The position numbers and the translations under genes were made by a program. From contig CM035353.1 in assembly GCA_020137815.1 (NCBI GenBank), forward strand, positions 6,138,001 to 6,202,000: DNA of 64,000 nt, read 5' to 3'. The first letter of the stretch is position 1; every line of letters begins with the position of its first letter. Below the pieces are notes generated by a model. The model was not told where the DNA came from. It worked only from the letters and a program-made list of their open reading frames with translations, and did not search any database. This document shows positions 9,828 through 22,840 of the stretch, one piece after another. The DNA comes from Hormiphora californensis. Its lineage: Eukaryota > Animalia > Ctenophora.

Positions 9828-12362
9828 GTGGAAGCTCTTACGGTATTTCCCACGCCCCGTGGGAAAGTTTTTGACCGTGGGAAAGTTTTCAAACCGTGGG
9901 AAAAGAGAGATACATACAATAACATTAAAAAAATAATTATTTTTTAGTAAGAGCTTCCACTATCGATCTAATCCTGCATTTTCGGAACGTGTTCGTCTCA
10001 ACACTGCGCGTCGCAGACTGTACCAAACCCGGGCGAACAAGCTATAGTCGAATTTTTTATTTAAGCGACAGGCCGCCGCGCACACAATTGGTTAATTGGT
10101 CATATCTCCGGTTCCTGATGAGATAGAAACTTGATCCTGGTTGCGTTGGAATGCGTTTCCAATGGTACCAAGAAAAAGTCGCTAGCTTATCAGGAACCGG
10201 AAATCGATTTCAAGCGCTGCATTTTGATGCGTGGCGGCCTGTCGCTTAAATAAAAAATTTGACTTTATACCGCCGCCGCGACCCATCTGAGCGCACTGTC
10301 AAATTGGGGTCTGGCGCCGCCAGACAGCGCTCCGAAAAGAGAGCATTATCAGTTATCTCGCAAAATACGAAATATAATTGAATCCTTCGCCGTGCGCGCG
10401 GTAGCTATTTGCAACGTGAATAAAGTCGAATTTTTTAATCAAGGGACAGGGGCCGCGCATTCAGAGAGGTCGCGCGGCGTTGTACTTGTATTTGCGCGTG
10501 ACAATCGAGATCAAGTTCCTGGCAATCTTAAGACTTGAACCCGGAAGCGTTGGAAAGATAATTTTAAGACCTTTTCAACGCAACCAAGATCAAGTTTTTA
10601 TCTTATCAGGAAGAGGAGATATGACTCATATTATGACTCATATTATGAGCAAAAACATTTAGCACGCGCAAAAAGACTTTGTAAATGCGCGGCCCCCTGT
10701 CCCTTGATTAAAAAATTCGACTATAATAATGTCCATTTTTTTTCAACTGTTCACCCCCAAAGTCGTGCGCGGAATTGTTTTGCGCGTTTATCACATGTTA
10801 ACGTGTAGCGCGCGCAGCGTAAATTAAAATATCGCACGCGCACGAGTTGAGCCTGAGGGTAAGCGGTAAAGGTTGACCCGTCTCCTGAGAGACGGTACGT
10901 GCGACACTGTGACAGCGCGCGAGATCCTCCTAGATCAGTACATTGATGTCTCGCGCGCGACGTTTAGTTGAACACAGCTGCTACAGTGTATAATAGTAGT
11001 GTACACCGTTATACACACATACGTCATTTCTTCATAACCTTTACCACTTACCCAGTACTGGCACAGTATAACTAGAACTATGCACCTCTTTAAGAACTGC
11101 TAGAATATAGAGCTGGTAAACATTAAGGATATTAAAAAGTCTAAAGTCGGATTTTTTGAAACTGTCACCCCCCTGGGTATTTTCAAATTTCGTAAATGAC
11201 CATAAATCAGGTTCCTGACGAGATAGAGACTTGAAATTTGGAGGTTAAAAAGATCTTGCTAAGTTCTTCCGAACCTCCAAATTTCAAGTCTCTATCTTAT
11301 CAGGAACCTGAGATATGGCAAATTTTGTTATTTCAGGGGGGTGACAGTTTCAAAAAATCCGACTTTACATTGGGCGGACTCTTTATCTAAACTTTTTTCA
11401 AAGTATAATCCTGCATTTTCGGAACGTGTTCGTCTCAACACTGCGCGTCGCAGACTGTACCAAGCCCGGGCGAACAAGCTAACAATAGTGCAATTACATG
11501 CGCGCGATGTACTATAACGCATGGAAGTTCACTATTGTTAGCTCGCCCACCCGGGTTAGCTCGATCACCCGCGACGCGCAACGTTGAGACGAACACGCTC
11601 CGAAAAGAGAGCATAACTGTAGATAAAGAGTCCGCTTTTTATTTAGAGATAGAGTCCGCCTTGAATTTAGATAAAGAGTCCGTTAGCACTAGAGTCCGCC
11701 TACCTGAGTTGATATGGGGCATGGGCTAAGCCCATTGGGCTTCCCAGAGAGAGTTTTGAGTGTGTTTTGAGGATATCACGTAACTACAGAGATTGACAAG
11801 CTATCGGACTTGAAGGCGACAACAAACGCCATAACAGCAGCCTTGCTCGAGCCATCAGCCATTACTATGTCAGAGGAGGACAGGCTAGCCCTAGAAGAAC
11901 GTTTAAACAAGTTTAAAGTTGACCTTTATAAAGCCATTAATAAATGAATTTGTATCATAGTTTCTATATTTTTGATCAATTTCTTGTTTCCATGCATCCG
12001 GTCAGTATTAGCAGCAGTTATACTGTGTCAGTACTGGGTAAGTGGTAAAGGTTATGACTTGACGCATGTGTGTATAACTGAGTACATTGTACTCAACTAA
12101 ACGTCGCGCGCGAGACATCGGTCAACTGACCACGGAGAACCTCGCGCGCTGTCGCACGTACCATCTCTCAGGAGACGGGTCAACCTTTACCGCTTACCGA
12201 GCCTGAGGGGTGAACAGTTGAATAAAAATGGACTTTACAAAACCGCGTCCGCGAAAAACTCGGTAATCGAGTTTAAGAGGACGACAGAGAAATTCCTCTC
12301 TCTTAGTATTTCTATCTATCTCTCTTTTCCCACGGTCGTGGGAATACCGTAAGAGCTTCCAC
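9828..12362. mobile_element. Composite/nested TIR element containing several smaller MITEs
   Basis: Outer TIR GTGGAAGCTCTTACGGTATT...AATACCGTAAGAGCTTCCAC with TA flanks; inner TIR pairs at ~10045-10265, ~10423-10722, ~10730-12236, ~11143-11365, ~11405-11615. Confidence 0.75.
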
Positions 12363-12698
12363 TAACAGGGATGCCTATGGTTCACTAGCTGGAAACTAAT
12401 AACACCAGCTTCAAAAATCTGATGTCAGTTTCAATTTTGCAACTGGAGCGATATGAAAGAACTTGGGTCTTGGCCGATGGCCAAAAACTTCATCAAAAAG
12501 ATGACGAATATCGACGAAACTTTCAATATTATGGAAAGCGCTGTTATACAACTAGTTCTTCGCGTTCCCCGCCGCGCGGCGCGCACCATTGTTGGATACG
12601 CTTTTTATTTGCCCGAAAATTTTAAAACAAGAAGCTTGCTCGGAAATGTTCGGCCAGCGTTAAAATCTGGGTGTTTTGGGAGTGCTGACAAACGGTTT

Positions 12699-12756
12699 TT
12701 TAGGGTTAGGGCTAAAGTAGGGTTAGGGCTAGGCTGGGGTCTGGGTTGGGGTTAGG
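12699..12756 (+). repeat. Short degenerate interstitial TTAGGG-like repeat
   Basis: ttagggttagggctaaagtagggttagggctagg...ggggttagg. Confidence 0.6.
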
Positions 12757-12897
12757 CCTTGACATTCCCTACCAGATAAACTTTGAATCAGCCAAAACGG
12801 TTGAGTGGTTTGGCCGTTGGCGGTTAGAGCCATTTTAGTGAATCAACTTTTTTGGCAGCGCAAACAGGCCTCCAAACACCCAGATCGTAACGGCGCC

Positions 12898-13022
12898 CGA
12901 AATGTTCAAGTCATGCACATTCAAGTCACGCCCACCAATCACAGCTCGGAACAGCTCTTGTGATCCGCGCCTTGTGAGCTGTGATGGGCGTAACTTGAAT
13001 GTGCTTGACTTGAACATTTCCG
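12898..13022. repeat. ~125-bp inverted repeat/hairpin (small MITE-like)
   Basis: gaaatgttcaagtcatgcacattcaagtcacgccc..atcacagctc vs gagctgtgatgggcgtaacttgaatgtgcttgacttgaacatttc. Confidence 0.75.
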
Positions 13023-13371
13023 AGGCCCCTCATGCGCTGCAGCCCAGGGGCCCCCTCATGCGGCGTGTGCCATACTGCCAACGTCTGATTCGGTTTTCAA
13101 TCACTGTCTTCCAAACCTTTCCTGACATGTTTCTTTGGAGACGTTTCTTGAAAAATTTACTCATCGATCGTCAGGTCGAAATTATGTTTGCCCCTCTGGA
13201 TTTTCACATCGCCAACGGCCAAGTAATTGATCCAGTGGGCAGTGTTATCTTCAGCGTCAAGTATCATCACTGGTGCGGTCAGGTGCAGGAACAGGTGGAA
13301 TTAGTGATCTCGAACGACTAGAACGAGTACCAACCTAACTGATAATAACAGTGTTTATGAGGTTAAATAGA

Positions 13372-13746
13372 GGGGGGGGGGGGGGGGGGGCTGCCGCAAG
13401 AATCTCAGCTACCCTATTTTTGGCCGATGAGATTTTTGAGATTTTTGTGGTAAATTGGCTGCCAATACTCGGTTTTTAGTCATATTTTTTAGCTGAAAAC
13501 CAGACCATACTATTAATTTAATAACCCAATTAGGTCATTGTCATATTCTAAGCTTATTATTAACTGATTAGAACACAAGGAAAATTTCTATTCAGAATTT
13601 CGATTTTTGAAAAAAATACAAGGATTGTTTCTATCCCAAATTTTTGGATGGAAAAATCGCAAATTTGCCTCATTTTTCTCAATAACCTCACTTTTTTGAA
13701 AAGCGTGAATGAGGCATGAGATTCTTGCGGCAGGCCCCCCCCCCCC
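13372..13746. mobile_element. MITE with poly-G/poly-C ends
   Basis: (G)n-CTGCCGCAAGAATCTCA ... TGAGATTCTTGCGGCAGG-(C)n; no clear TSD. Confidence 0.7.
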
Positions 13747-16339
13747 ACAGAGAAGGGGATTGGGATGAGGGTTTTGGTGGGAATTTATGTGTTTTCGGTC
13801 CTACTCTAATAAGTCAAGTAAGTCAAGTCAATACTACAGTGATGTTTCTTGTAATTCTTATAGTCATCGTCTTCCTAAACATACATTTTTCTTATAATTT
13901 TACTGGTTTTATTAACAAAACTGTGCCAGTCGGCCCTGCTTATCAACTGCAGAGCTGACAACTTAGAATGTCTCGGAAATACTTTTGTCTTTTGCTCCGG
14001 TGGTGCACCACGGTAGTCCCTCAGAGATCATTAATAGGTATTAGGGAGAATCCCGAAAAGCTTTCTGCTTCATCAGAAGTCACTATCATAAGACTGACCT
14101 TCGTGGGCGATTACATTCCTGTTAACTCCCTGTTCCCTGTTGTTTTGCTCTCTCTGAGTCCCCCTTTTTCTTTTTCTCTCTGGGCATCTAACAGGAAACT
14201 CGGTTGTGCATTGCACAGATCCGTGGCACAATGCTGGCTGCGTCAGATCCCCTTGACTTCCATGTCCTTACCTTCAACAGCACAATCCACTCCCGGTTGA
14301 TGATGAAGTTTTGGAGCTGCATGAGGGAGTGTCCCACAAACTTCATAGTTTTGAGGGGGTACGAAGAGTTACCCCATTCTTCTTCGCTAGAGCCCTAATG
14401 AATTCTCCCAATACTTACTCTTGGTTTTTGGAAGGGAATTGGTGAAGGTCCCCATCTCATTCCACTAAAAGTTTCACTAACTGGGTTGTGGGATTCGGCT
14501 TCTTCATCCAGTCCCCGGCAGTATTATACTACTTGTCAATTAAATATAACAATCGTTTTTCAAAATGCTATTAATTTATTAGAATAAACTTCTAAGAGAG
14601 CTCCAGAGCCTTATACAATTTACACATGCACCATTGTACGTACTTGTTCCATGACCCGCATGACCCTATCATGCATAGGACTTTTTCGCACTCTTTAGTT
14701 CCACCAGGGATGCTCTATCGGTTCCCACAAAGCGGTCCAGAGCGTCCACCAATTCTGCCCAGTCTCTGGATAACCCCATTGATATCTTCCCCTCGTGCGG
14801 TTTCTTCTCTATCTTTGACGAACATCAGTTGTTCCATGATGGATAGAAACTAAACTGAATGATCAGTACAATTATCATTTTTAAACGAACAAAACATGAA
14901 GAAAGGGAGGGCAAATTAAATATAATTAATTTGTCGCAAACGTTGTCTAGCAGTCGTTTGATATCGAAAAATTTTCGATTCGATATCTTCCCCTCGATTC
15001 GATATCTTCCCCTCGATATATATGTGGAACACACTGAATTATTTAAATTAAAATGTTCAATATTATACGCTGGCATCCCCTATCGTCGTTGGCTCGGTAG
15101 CCGTATACAGAATCACAAAATTCAGCTTCAGCATTATAGCCCAAACTCCACATTATGGTCGATACCTGAGGGACACCCGGTCATAGAATTATTATACAAT
15201 TTTATTATACCTATTATAATGCCTTGGTTTTCACACTCTTAGTTCATAATGCGAGTTTTATGGATGCATTTAAAAGATAATGAATAACCTCGGGGCAGAA
15301 GAATGTCCGACAATGGGATTTAATGGACATCTGATCCCCACCAGCCGGGTCTAGAATGGCAGGAGTGAGCTGCGTTGCATAAGTCCCATCAGCATTTCCA
15401 CTGGTTCCTACCTCTCTCCACGCATACTTACTTACTCCAGGTATCTTATCTGATAGACACAGATATAGGCATTATAAATCTGGTTTTTCAACCGGTTTCA
15501 AAAATATAAAACTGTGTACCTCAGTGTACAGTACTTGGGACTATGGCCCGGAGAGTCATTCTGCCCATCTCCTCTCAGAATGACACGTGTGAGCCCCTTC
15601 AATCTGTTCACACGTGCAGTAACCTCGGTCTTGAACATTCTTTCCTCTTTTTGGGTAAAAACGAACTTCATTATCCCATCGTAAACTGGGCTCGTGCATG
15701 GTGGGTGAGAACTTCATGCCGGTCAGAGCCATTGCAACATCTGCATTCATCATTGGCGTTTGGCAGGTTGGGTTAGAAGCTCCCCTAGTCTCTGTTGTTG
15801 TTATTCAACTCAGCTTCCAACGATTCATACATTTCTGATTCAAGGGACGGCCATTGGCCAATCGTATAAAATGATATATCTTTCCGTCGAGCCACGCCAA
15901 TTCCTTCCCCGACGCTCTGCACCGCTTTAATAGCTTCATCTAATCATACTGTATTGCTGGCAGATAATATATTTTCAATTATATCCTTATATTCAAAGAT
16001 TCTTAAATTATATCTTTTTGATTTATGTTGGCATTAACATGGTTGGTTTTGCTTTCAATCGAAAATAGTTACTTAGCATCTTTCTAAAGCTAGGGTCTTG
16101 AGGAATTCGACCGTCGTGACACGCCTTTTATCCGATGTTATCACCAATGCAAAACTGATTAACTGACAAGTGACCGAAAAAAGGCCTAAATCTAGGATCG
16201 TGCCCACGGGAGAAGTTGGTTCCTCCATGAACTCTTAAAGCAGGAGGGAGCCAATAGATCCTCAAGGTCCTGGGAGTTTGCGCAATATTCTGACGAAAAC
16301 ACCAAGTTACATGGTGTTCGTTTCCTCTTGTATAGAGGT

Positions 16340-16970
16340 TACTACTTCAACCTCGGTAAGTAGATCTGGTGCCTTGGTTCCGGAACATTGTTGAAAGTCT
16401 CCCGGCTAAGGCAACTTCTCAGGGCATCTAGCTCCACCTGGTATATAAGGCCTCCAATTCCTCCTGTTGTTTCCAGCTGTATTTTTCGGTCTCTGAATCT
16501 CCGCTTCCCCTTCCTCATCGCTGGAGCTTTCTTGGACTTGTTGCACATCTGGAGACTTCCAGTTTTGGTTCTGGTTTCCTGATAATAAAGAGAACTGGTC
16601 AGATTGTATGTATGTGTTTTTAAAATTGAGGTCTGTCTATCTATCTCTTTATTTATCTTTCGAGCTGTATGTAATAAACATGCACACTACATCTATCAAG
16701 GGTAAGGATATTCCGGTATGCGAGTGGAAATTCCTCTCATTTGAACAACCCCTTTTCCAGATCAGGAAGAACACATGTCTGCATGGATATCCTGTATTTC
16801 TCCATGAGGTACAGGAGCACCGTGGAAGCCCACCGAAGAAACGGTGGGTGATGTGTCCTGGCCCTAATGGAAGAATGATAATGATGAACTATGACCGACT
16901 CATCCTCTCACTTCGATGAGTTGGCCGCGCAATACATCTCAACTTCTCCATTAAATAACTCTTGCACTCT
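16340..16970 (-). mobile_element. SWIM zinc-finger (Mutator/MULE-like) remnant
   Basis: FFGGLPRCSCTSWRNTGYPCRHVFFLI at ~16845-16760 (CxC..CxH); the downstream segment is duplicated at ~17870-18147. Confidence 0.6.
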
Positions 16971-18479
16971 TGTTAAATAATGGTTTACAATGAAAAAACA
17001 CACGAGTTAACAATTACAAATTCCTGGTTTAAATTGTCTAAGAGATAAATAATTTAAAAGTCTCTTTTATAAAATTAAAAATCACCCAGATTGAAACTTT
17101 TCTGGAGGTTTCTTTTCTCTCATTGACTTTCTCACTGGTTCATGTGTGGTGGTTGGTGTGTGTGTTGGAACGTGACTCCGTAGAATTTGGCCCGCTCAGC
17201 TATGATAAATCAAACTAACAACGCAATAACTAACCCGATAGCTGTTCTGGTAGGTCCTCTAATCTAGGAGCTGTACAGTTCCACGTTCTCTTTACATTGG
17301 GCAGCCTAACATCCCCATTATGCAGCATGACATCCCCTCTGCCGGGGTCTTCTAACTTTAGGGCTAGCTGTTAGACCAGTCATTGCTACTCGAGATAAGG
17401 TTCTGGTTAGTTCTACGGACAACATGGGACATATATCCAAAACATAAACACCACAAAATTGTTAATGTTTAATTAGAGCACAACACTCTCTCTCTCTCTA
17501 TTTATTTAATCACTACCTGTTGTCAGGTCTCATACATTAAATAATTTAAAAGTTTATAAAATTATTATAGATTTAAATATTGTGTTTATCGCCATTCTAG
17601 AAAGAAAATAATAAATCACTCATTTGTTCTGGGTTTAGGGTATACAATTGTCTTATATGAACAAGTTTTGGAAAGAACAATCAAACTACGTTGTAGCTCT
17701 CAATGTGGCCAAGACGTTGAAAAGGAAGCTATACACCCCCAAGGTCCTCAAGGAACTCAAATTCAGTGACCACTGCATCACACTGTTTGAGGATTATCTC
17801 AGGAACCTCGACATATATGTAACATTGTCTTCCAGTTTGCCTTCAATTACACACACATTTGTTCTGGGGTTACATGGTAACATGGCATGGTGTTCGTTTC
17901 CTCTCGGTTCTGGAACATCATTGAAAGTCTCCCGGCTAAGGCAACTTCTCAGGGCATCTAGCTCTACCTGGTAGTGAGGCCTCCAATTCCTCCTGTTGTT
18001 TCCAGTTGTATTTTTCGGTCTCTGAATCTCCACTTCCCCTTCCTATATCACTGGAGCTTTCTTGGACCTGTTCCACATAGATGGAGACTTCCAGTTTTGG
18101 TTCTGGTTTCCCGATAATAAAGAGAAATGGTCAGATTGTATGTATGTACGTCAGATACAAGAAAAGACCGGGGTACCGGCTCCAAGAACAAGAAAAATGA
18201 ATAAATATAAATAATCGATCGATAAAAAATCTGTTTAACAAAAATACCCAAAATCATGGGAGCAGTCTATTATACCAGGAAGGGGACTTTGGCTTTCTCC
18301 TTAGTGCTGACTCTCTTTTTGAGACGGGTTGGTGGTTGTAGAGAGTTTATAAATCCCTCCGAGGGGCAATGGAGAGTCTGATGGGTCCTCTTCTCCCACG
18401 GTTCGTGCACCAGTGAATTCATGATCTTCCCCCGAACACACCGATAGTAGAACTTGTCTGCAGTATGGAGCGCGGAAGT

Positions 18480-18650
18480 TCTCCATGAATGCCGTTGGTG
18501 ACACACCCATGCCGATCACAAAATCATAAATCAACTTGGCAAGAGCTTTGCCAGTGTTCCGTTTTCCAACCGCTGGGTGCCCCAAATACACTTTTGGTTG
18601 ATCTTGGGTTCCCACGGGTCGTCATCCCCAGAATAAGCCGCTTCCTAGGA
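18480..18650 (-). mobile_element. hAT-like transposase remnant
   Basis: PKVYLGHPAVGKRNTGKALAKLIYDFV (YLGH....G.A..I pattern). Confidence 0.45.
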
Positions 18651-19422
18651 AAACATTTCGGTTAGTGCAGTTTAACTAATTGAATAACTAATAGTTATTA
18701 ACTACAGTCTACATCAGTAGATAGATCAATCAACGGAATTACTCGGTAACATACCGTCCGCATGACGTATCCTTGTCCGCTGTCAGGTACCATGGATTAT
18801 TCGTCATGTACGGCACAAGTTTGCCCATTAAAATTTCATATACTGTATCTTCGGAGGGAAGTGATTGGTGTGATAGCACCTCAAGATCGTTGAGGAGGGT
18901 TAGCTCCATCTGCTCCGGGAACGAACTGAGGAGTGAGGGGATAGTAGTAAAGATTACAGCTAGCTGTTTAGTGTGTATTTGAATTTGTTTGAACGTGCTG
19001 GTTACTGGTTAGGTAATAGTTTGTTTCTTACTTGTATGAGATATTGTGCTGTACGTTGAATAGGACTGTTCTGGCCATCCTCTTCGTCACAGCTTTCCTC
19101 AAACCCTCTGTCCCTCTGTTTTTGAATTTTTCACTCCAGTGCACAGAGTACAGACCCTTCCTGGACGTGCTGGCGGAGCAAATGTATTTGCTTCCCCCAA
19201 ACGGGGCACTGCGTCTTTTGGCCATCGGGGTACCTTTTGGCGGGAAACCGAAACACCGTTTTCCCAGTTGTTTTCCCATGGCAGAGTTTGCATGTTATTG
19301 TCCCCCCCCATTCTCCTGTAAAAAATGACCGATAAAATGCCATGTCTGCTTTGCCCCATCCTCCGCCCTTCTTCTCGTTCTTTTTGGCAATATTCAATTT
19401 TTTAAGGTCGACCGGGTCGACC

Positions 19423-19501
19423 TTTGATCATACATGGGACGGAACTAGTATAGCGCAAGGGGTCGACCCCTTGCACTAGTTCCGTCCCATGTATGATCAA
19501 A
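19423..19501. repeat. Nested hairpin (27-bp perfect arms around a 20-bp perfect palindrome)
   Basis: tttgatcatacatgggacggaactagt / actagttccgtcccatgtatgatcaaa enclosing gcaaggggtcgaccccttgc. Confidence 0.85.
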
Positions 19502-19847
19502 CAAGTCTCTTGTGTCAAATAACGTTAGTTACAAAAGTATTATTGGGACAATTCAGTAATTTATTTTACTATTCGAATTTTATTTATTTTCCAAATTCCA
19601 ATTTATTATACTACAGTCCCCTTATGGCCCCCAACTCAATTTCCCTCAGTTTCTCTTTCCTATACGAGGCGATTATAAGCCTCTTTGTCAAAAGAGCGTT
19701 CCCAATTGCCAATTCGGTTCTTTTGTTTCTCCTCCACTGTAAAATACTTTTGGGCCTCCGGACTCGTTTCCTTTTCCCTCCTACTCCTTTAAGATTCAAA
19801 TAGATAAGTCCAGATTTTGATACTACTTATTGCGTACATTATTATTA

Positions 19848-20340
19848 CTAGTAAAACCGTACCCGCCCTACGGACGGGGGTGAATAAAATACCGCTCCTG
19901 GAGATATCTCAATACATCTCAGAGAAGCCATAAAGAACAGGTTATATTGTATGCTCGACTATTCTTCAGAATATTCCCTCTACTTTCTCGAAACATTTCA
20001 ATTAAGCCTGGAGGTGGGTGTATGGGCCGGTAGAGAGATCCGCAGATAGTCGCTAAGCGAATCGAGCCTGTAGGGGGGCAGTGGTGTTTGAGGTAACTTA
20101 ACCGTGCCTTTACTGCAGCAGAATGAGTCTATTTCTCCCTTGAAAAGGAAGGCCTCGCAAAGAGGGCATGTCCTATTCATGAACCTACCACAGTCTGATT
20201 CGAGGTAACGTTTGTGTACGAATCATGATTCAACAAATTAGTCCCTATATCACATCGTTTGGCGATGTCACGCCAGATCCGTCTTTGCGGGGGTTGGAGC
20301 AGTAGGTTCCCCTGTCAAAGAGTGGATCGATGGTAAATCG
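19848..20340 (-). mobile_element. Helitron remnant with canonical 3' terminus
   Basis: MNRTCPLCEAFLFKGEIDSFCCSKGTVKLP (RepHel N-terminal C..C.A..F..E...CC..G motif); on the minus strand a GC hairpin cccgtccgtagggcggg ~10 nt upstream of CTAG followed by T; 5' end not located. Confidence 0.8.
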
Positions 20341-20631
20341 TTAGATAGTATGGAAATTGTAAAGAATACATTATTGTGTGTGTATTCTCTTTGATAAATG
20401 AAACAACTCACAAAGAAATATGTTCAGAGTTCAAACAAATACAAAGTGACTATCAATCCGACAAATAAATAAAGGCGTCAGTCACAAAAAAGTATGATTT
20501 ACATAATGCACGTGAAAACTGGGAAAAGGAAACAAAGTGATAAAAAAAGATGATAAAAAAGATGATAATTATGAAGATAATGAAAAATTGATTAAATAAG
20601 ATACGATTGATTAACAATATATGCATATATA

Positions 20632-21537
20632 TGGGTCATTCTCATAAAATTGACACTTCGAGATGAGAGATTTTGGTCCTGCCTTTAGAGCATCTTAACA
20701 TTGGTCAACTTTGGTAATTTTGGTACCAGAATGTAGAAAAATGTCTAAATTAACGAAAAATGAACAGTATGGTACAATTATGTATCATAGGAATGAATAA
20801 TGACGCATAATATGCTAAAAATGACCGATTTTCGGCGTGGACGTAATGACCATGACGACCGTGACGCTCATAAAATCGCTCATAAAATCAGTTATGGTTG
20901 TCGTACGACGTAAAAATGGGTATCCAGCGGTAGCTCTCAAAGAGATCTGTCTGATTGAGAAGTATGAAAGCATACTTGTAACTAATTTGGATTTAAATTG
21001 TTTTGATAGTGAAAAATGTAATGATTGTAACGACCGTGACATTCGTCCGTAACGTAACGGTCGTTAAATTTGTAACGTCCGTAACGTTATGGTCGCTACG
21101 AAAGTAACGACCATGACGTTATGGACGTTACAAAATTCAAAATGTAATGACCGTGACAGACCTTATAAGGTCATGAATTTGACTCCACCACAAAGTTATT
21201 TGCACGGACATTACACCTGTAACGTCCGTAACGTTATGGACGTTACGGAATAACGACCATCACGTAACGGTCGTTAAATTTGTAACGACCATAGACGTTA
21301 TGGTCGTTACGACCACTTTACATGCAATTGTAATTAAATTGCATTGTAACGTCCATCACGTAACGGTCGTTGCGTAACGTACGCGGCTTTAATTACTCAT
21401 AATTATTTAATTATGCAATAATTATTAAGTCCACGTATACAGAAATACTAAGTCCATTACGTGCTTTCAGATGATATAAGTTTTATCGAAATCGGACAAG
21501 TTTGAAATTTTGGTGTCAATTTCATGAGAATGACCCA
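20632..21537. mobile_element. ~906-bp MITE in a TA run, with internal GTAACG/GGTCGTTA repeats
   Basis: TIR TGGGTCATTCTCATAAAATTGACAC ... GTGTCAATTTCATGAGAATGACCCA. Confidence 0.85.
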
Positions 21538-22318
21538 TATATATATAAAAGCTATAGATATTTAACCAGATGATGATATAATGAAGAAACAAAAATATGT
21601 ATTAAATGACTATTATTGGGTATCCTGAATCCTCGTGTTCAAAATTTAAAACCAGTTTATCAACAGTTCTTAGCAGTCGAGGAGAAATTTCCGGTAATTT
21701 AATGCGCTATCTTCACCACATCTTCACTACTGAAATCTTTCACGGGGTGTGGGAGTGGCCTACTCTGGGTGGTAATGTTCAGTAGCCTTAAAAAGTCCTC
21801 TTTGTTGATCAAAACATTATCAGATTCTTCTAAATCCCGAACTGTTTGGTGCACTGCAACAGAGTTATTGATGGGTGATGATGCTAACTCCTCAGTCCTC
21901 ATATTGGGCCTTTACCCGACAGAGATGTTCACAAAGGTCGTCCTCAAATTCAGCCAAAAACGCCTCTTTATCCATTACTCTCTTAACTTTCCGTTCAACA
22001 GGTCACCCCCCGTTTCATGTACTCGCTTGTAAACATTATAGGTCACATTCTCTGTAACTTTTTCATGGTTCAGACAATCTTCAACGGTATCATGTTCGAC
22101 CAACTGCTCCACGTGACAAATGCCCTCAATAAACGCAGACGATATTGCTTCGAATTTCAGCCTGAGACGTAGGTAGTTGGACTATGTCGCTGGGAAACAA
22201 CTTCGCATAGAAATTTTGAGACAATAATCATGTCTGGAGTGAACATTTTAATGAAGGAGTATTTATGAATCTTCGCCGGTTTCTGAGATACAAATTACAG
22301 GATTATCAACGATTCACT

Positions 22319-22840
22319 ATGTCTGATTGTTGCGGAGGGGGGTCCAGTGAGAATGGTAGACCTCCGACTTTTGTTGAACTTGTGACAATTCTGGCCTTTG
22401 CTTTAATTTATACTGTGATCTACTATTGCAAGACGGGGCGCTTTCCGTGCTGCTATAATCGGGATTCTAATCTCAGGAGAAACTCTCAAGTTGAAGAACC
22501 GTCTGGAACAGTTCTCTCCACTAATAATACAACTGTAACTAATGTCCAACCGATTCCCGTATACAATAGTCCCGAAAATGCTAAAGAACACCAGTTTCAT
22601 GGGCCTGCCCAGTATCCTCCGGACCAATACCCATCTTACTCAGGACACACAGCACCATCATACGGGTATTCGCAGCCTGGAATGATTGAGCCTTCCAAAA
22701 ATCCTTCATGCCCAAGTTATATACACAACCTTCCGGGTACCATCTCGCCTGATATGACATCTGATCCATCCACCGTGTATCAACCACCGCCCTACAACCC
22801 TTCCTTTTCACCACCACCAAGTTATAAAGATTGTATGTGA
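22319..22840 (+). CDS. Single-pass membrane protein with Cys cluster and proline-rich PY-motif tail (Shisa/WBP1/VOPP1-like adaptor)
   Basis: Intact 173-aa ORF after the acceptor TTACAG at ~22300; TM LVTILAFALIYTVIYYC, juxtamembrane CC, C-terminal PPPY and PPSY. Confidence 0.75.
   Translation: MSDCCGGGSSENGRPPTFVELVTILAFALIYTVIYYCKTGRFPCCYNRDSNLRRNSQVEEPSGTVLSTNNTTVTNVQPIPVYNSPENAKEHQFHGPAQYPPDQYPSYSGHTAPSYGYSQPGMIEPSKNPSCPSYIHNLPGTISPDMTSDPSTVYQPPPYNPSFSPPPSYKDCM

Noticed and set aside
12699-12756. True telomere
   Set aside because: Short, degenerate and internal.
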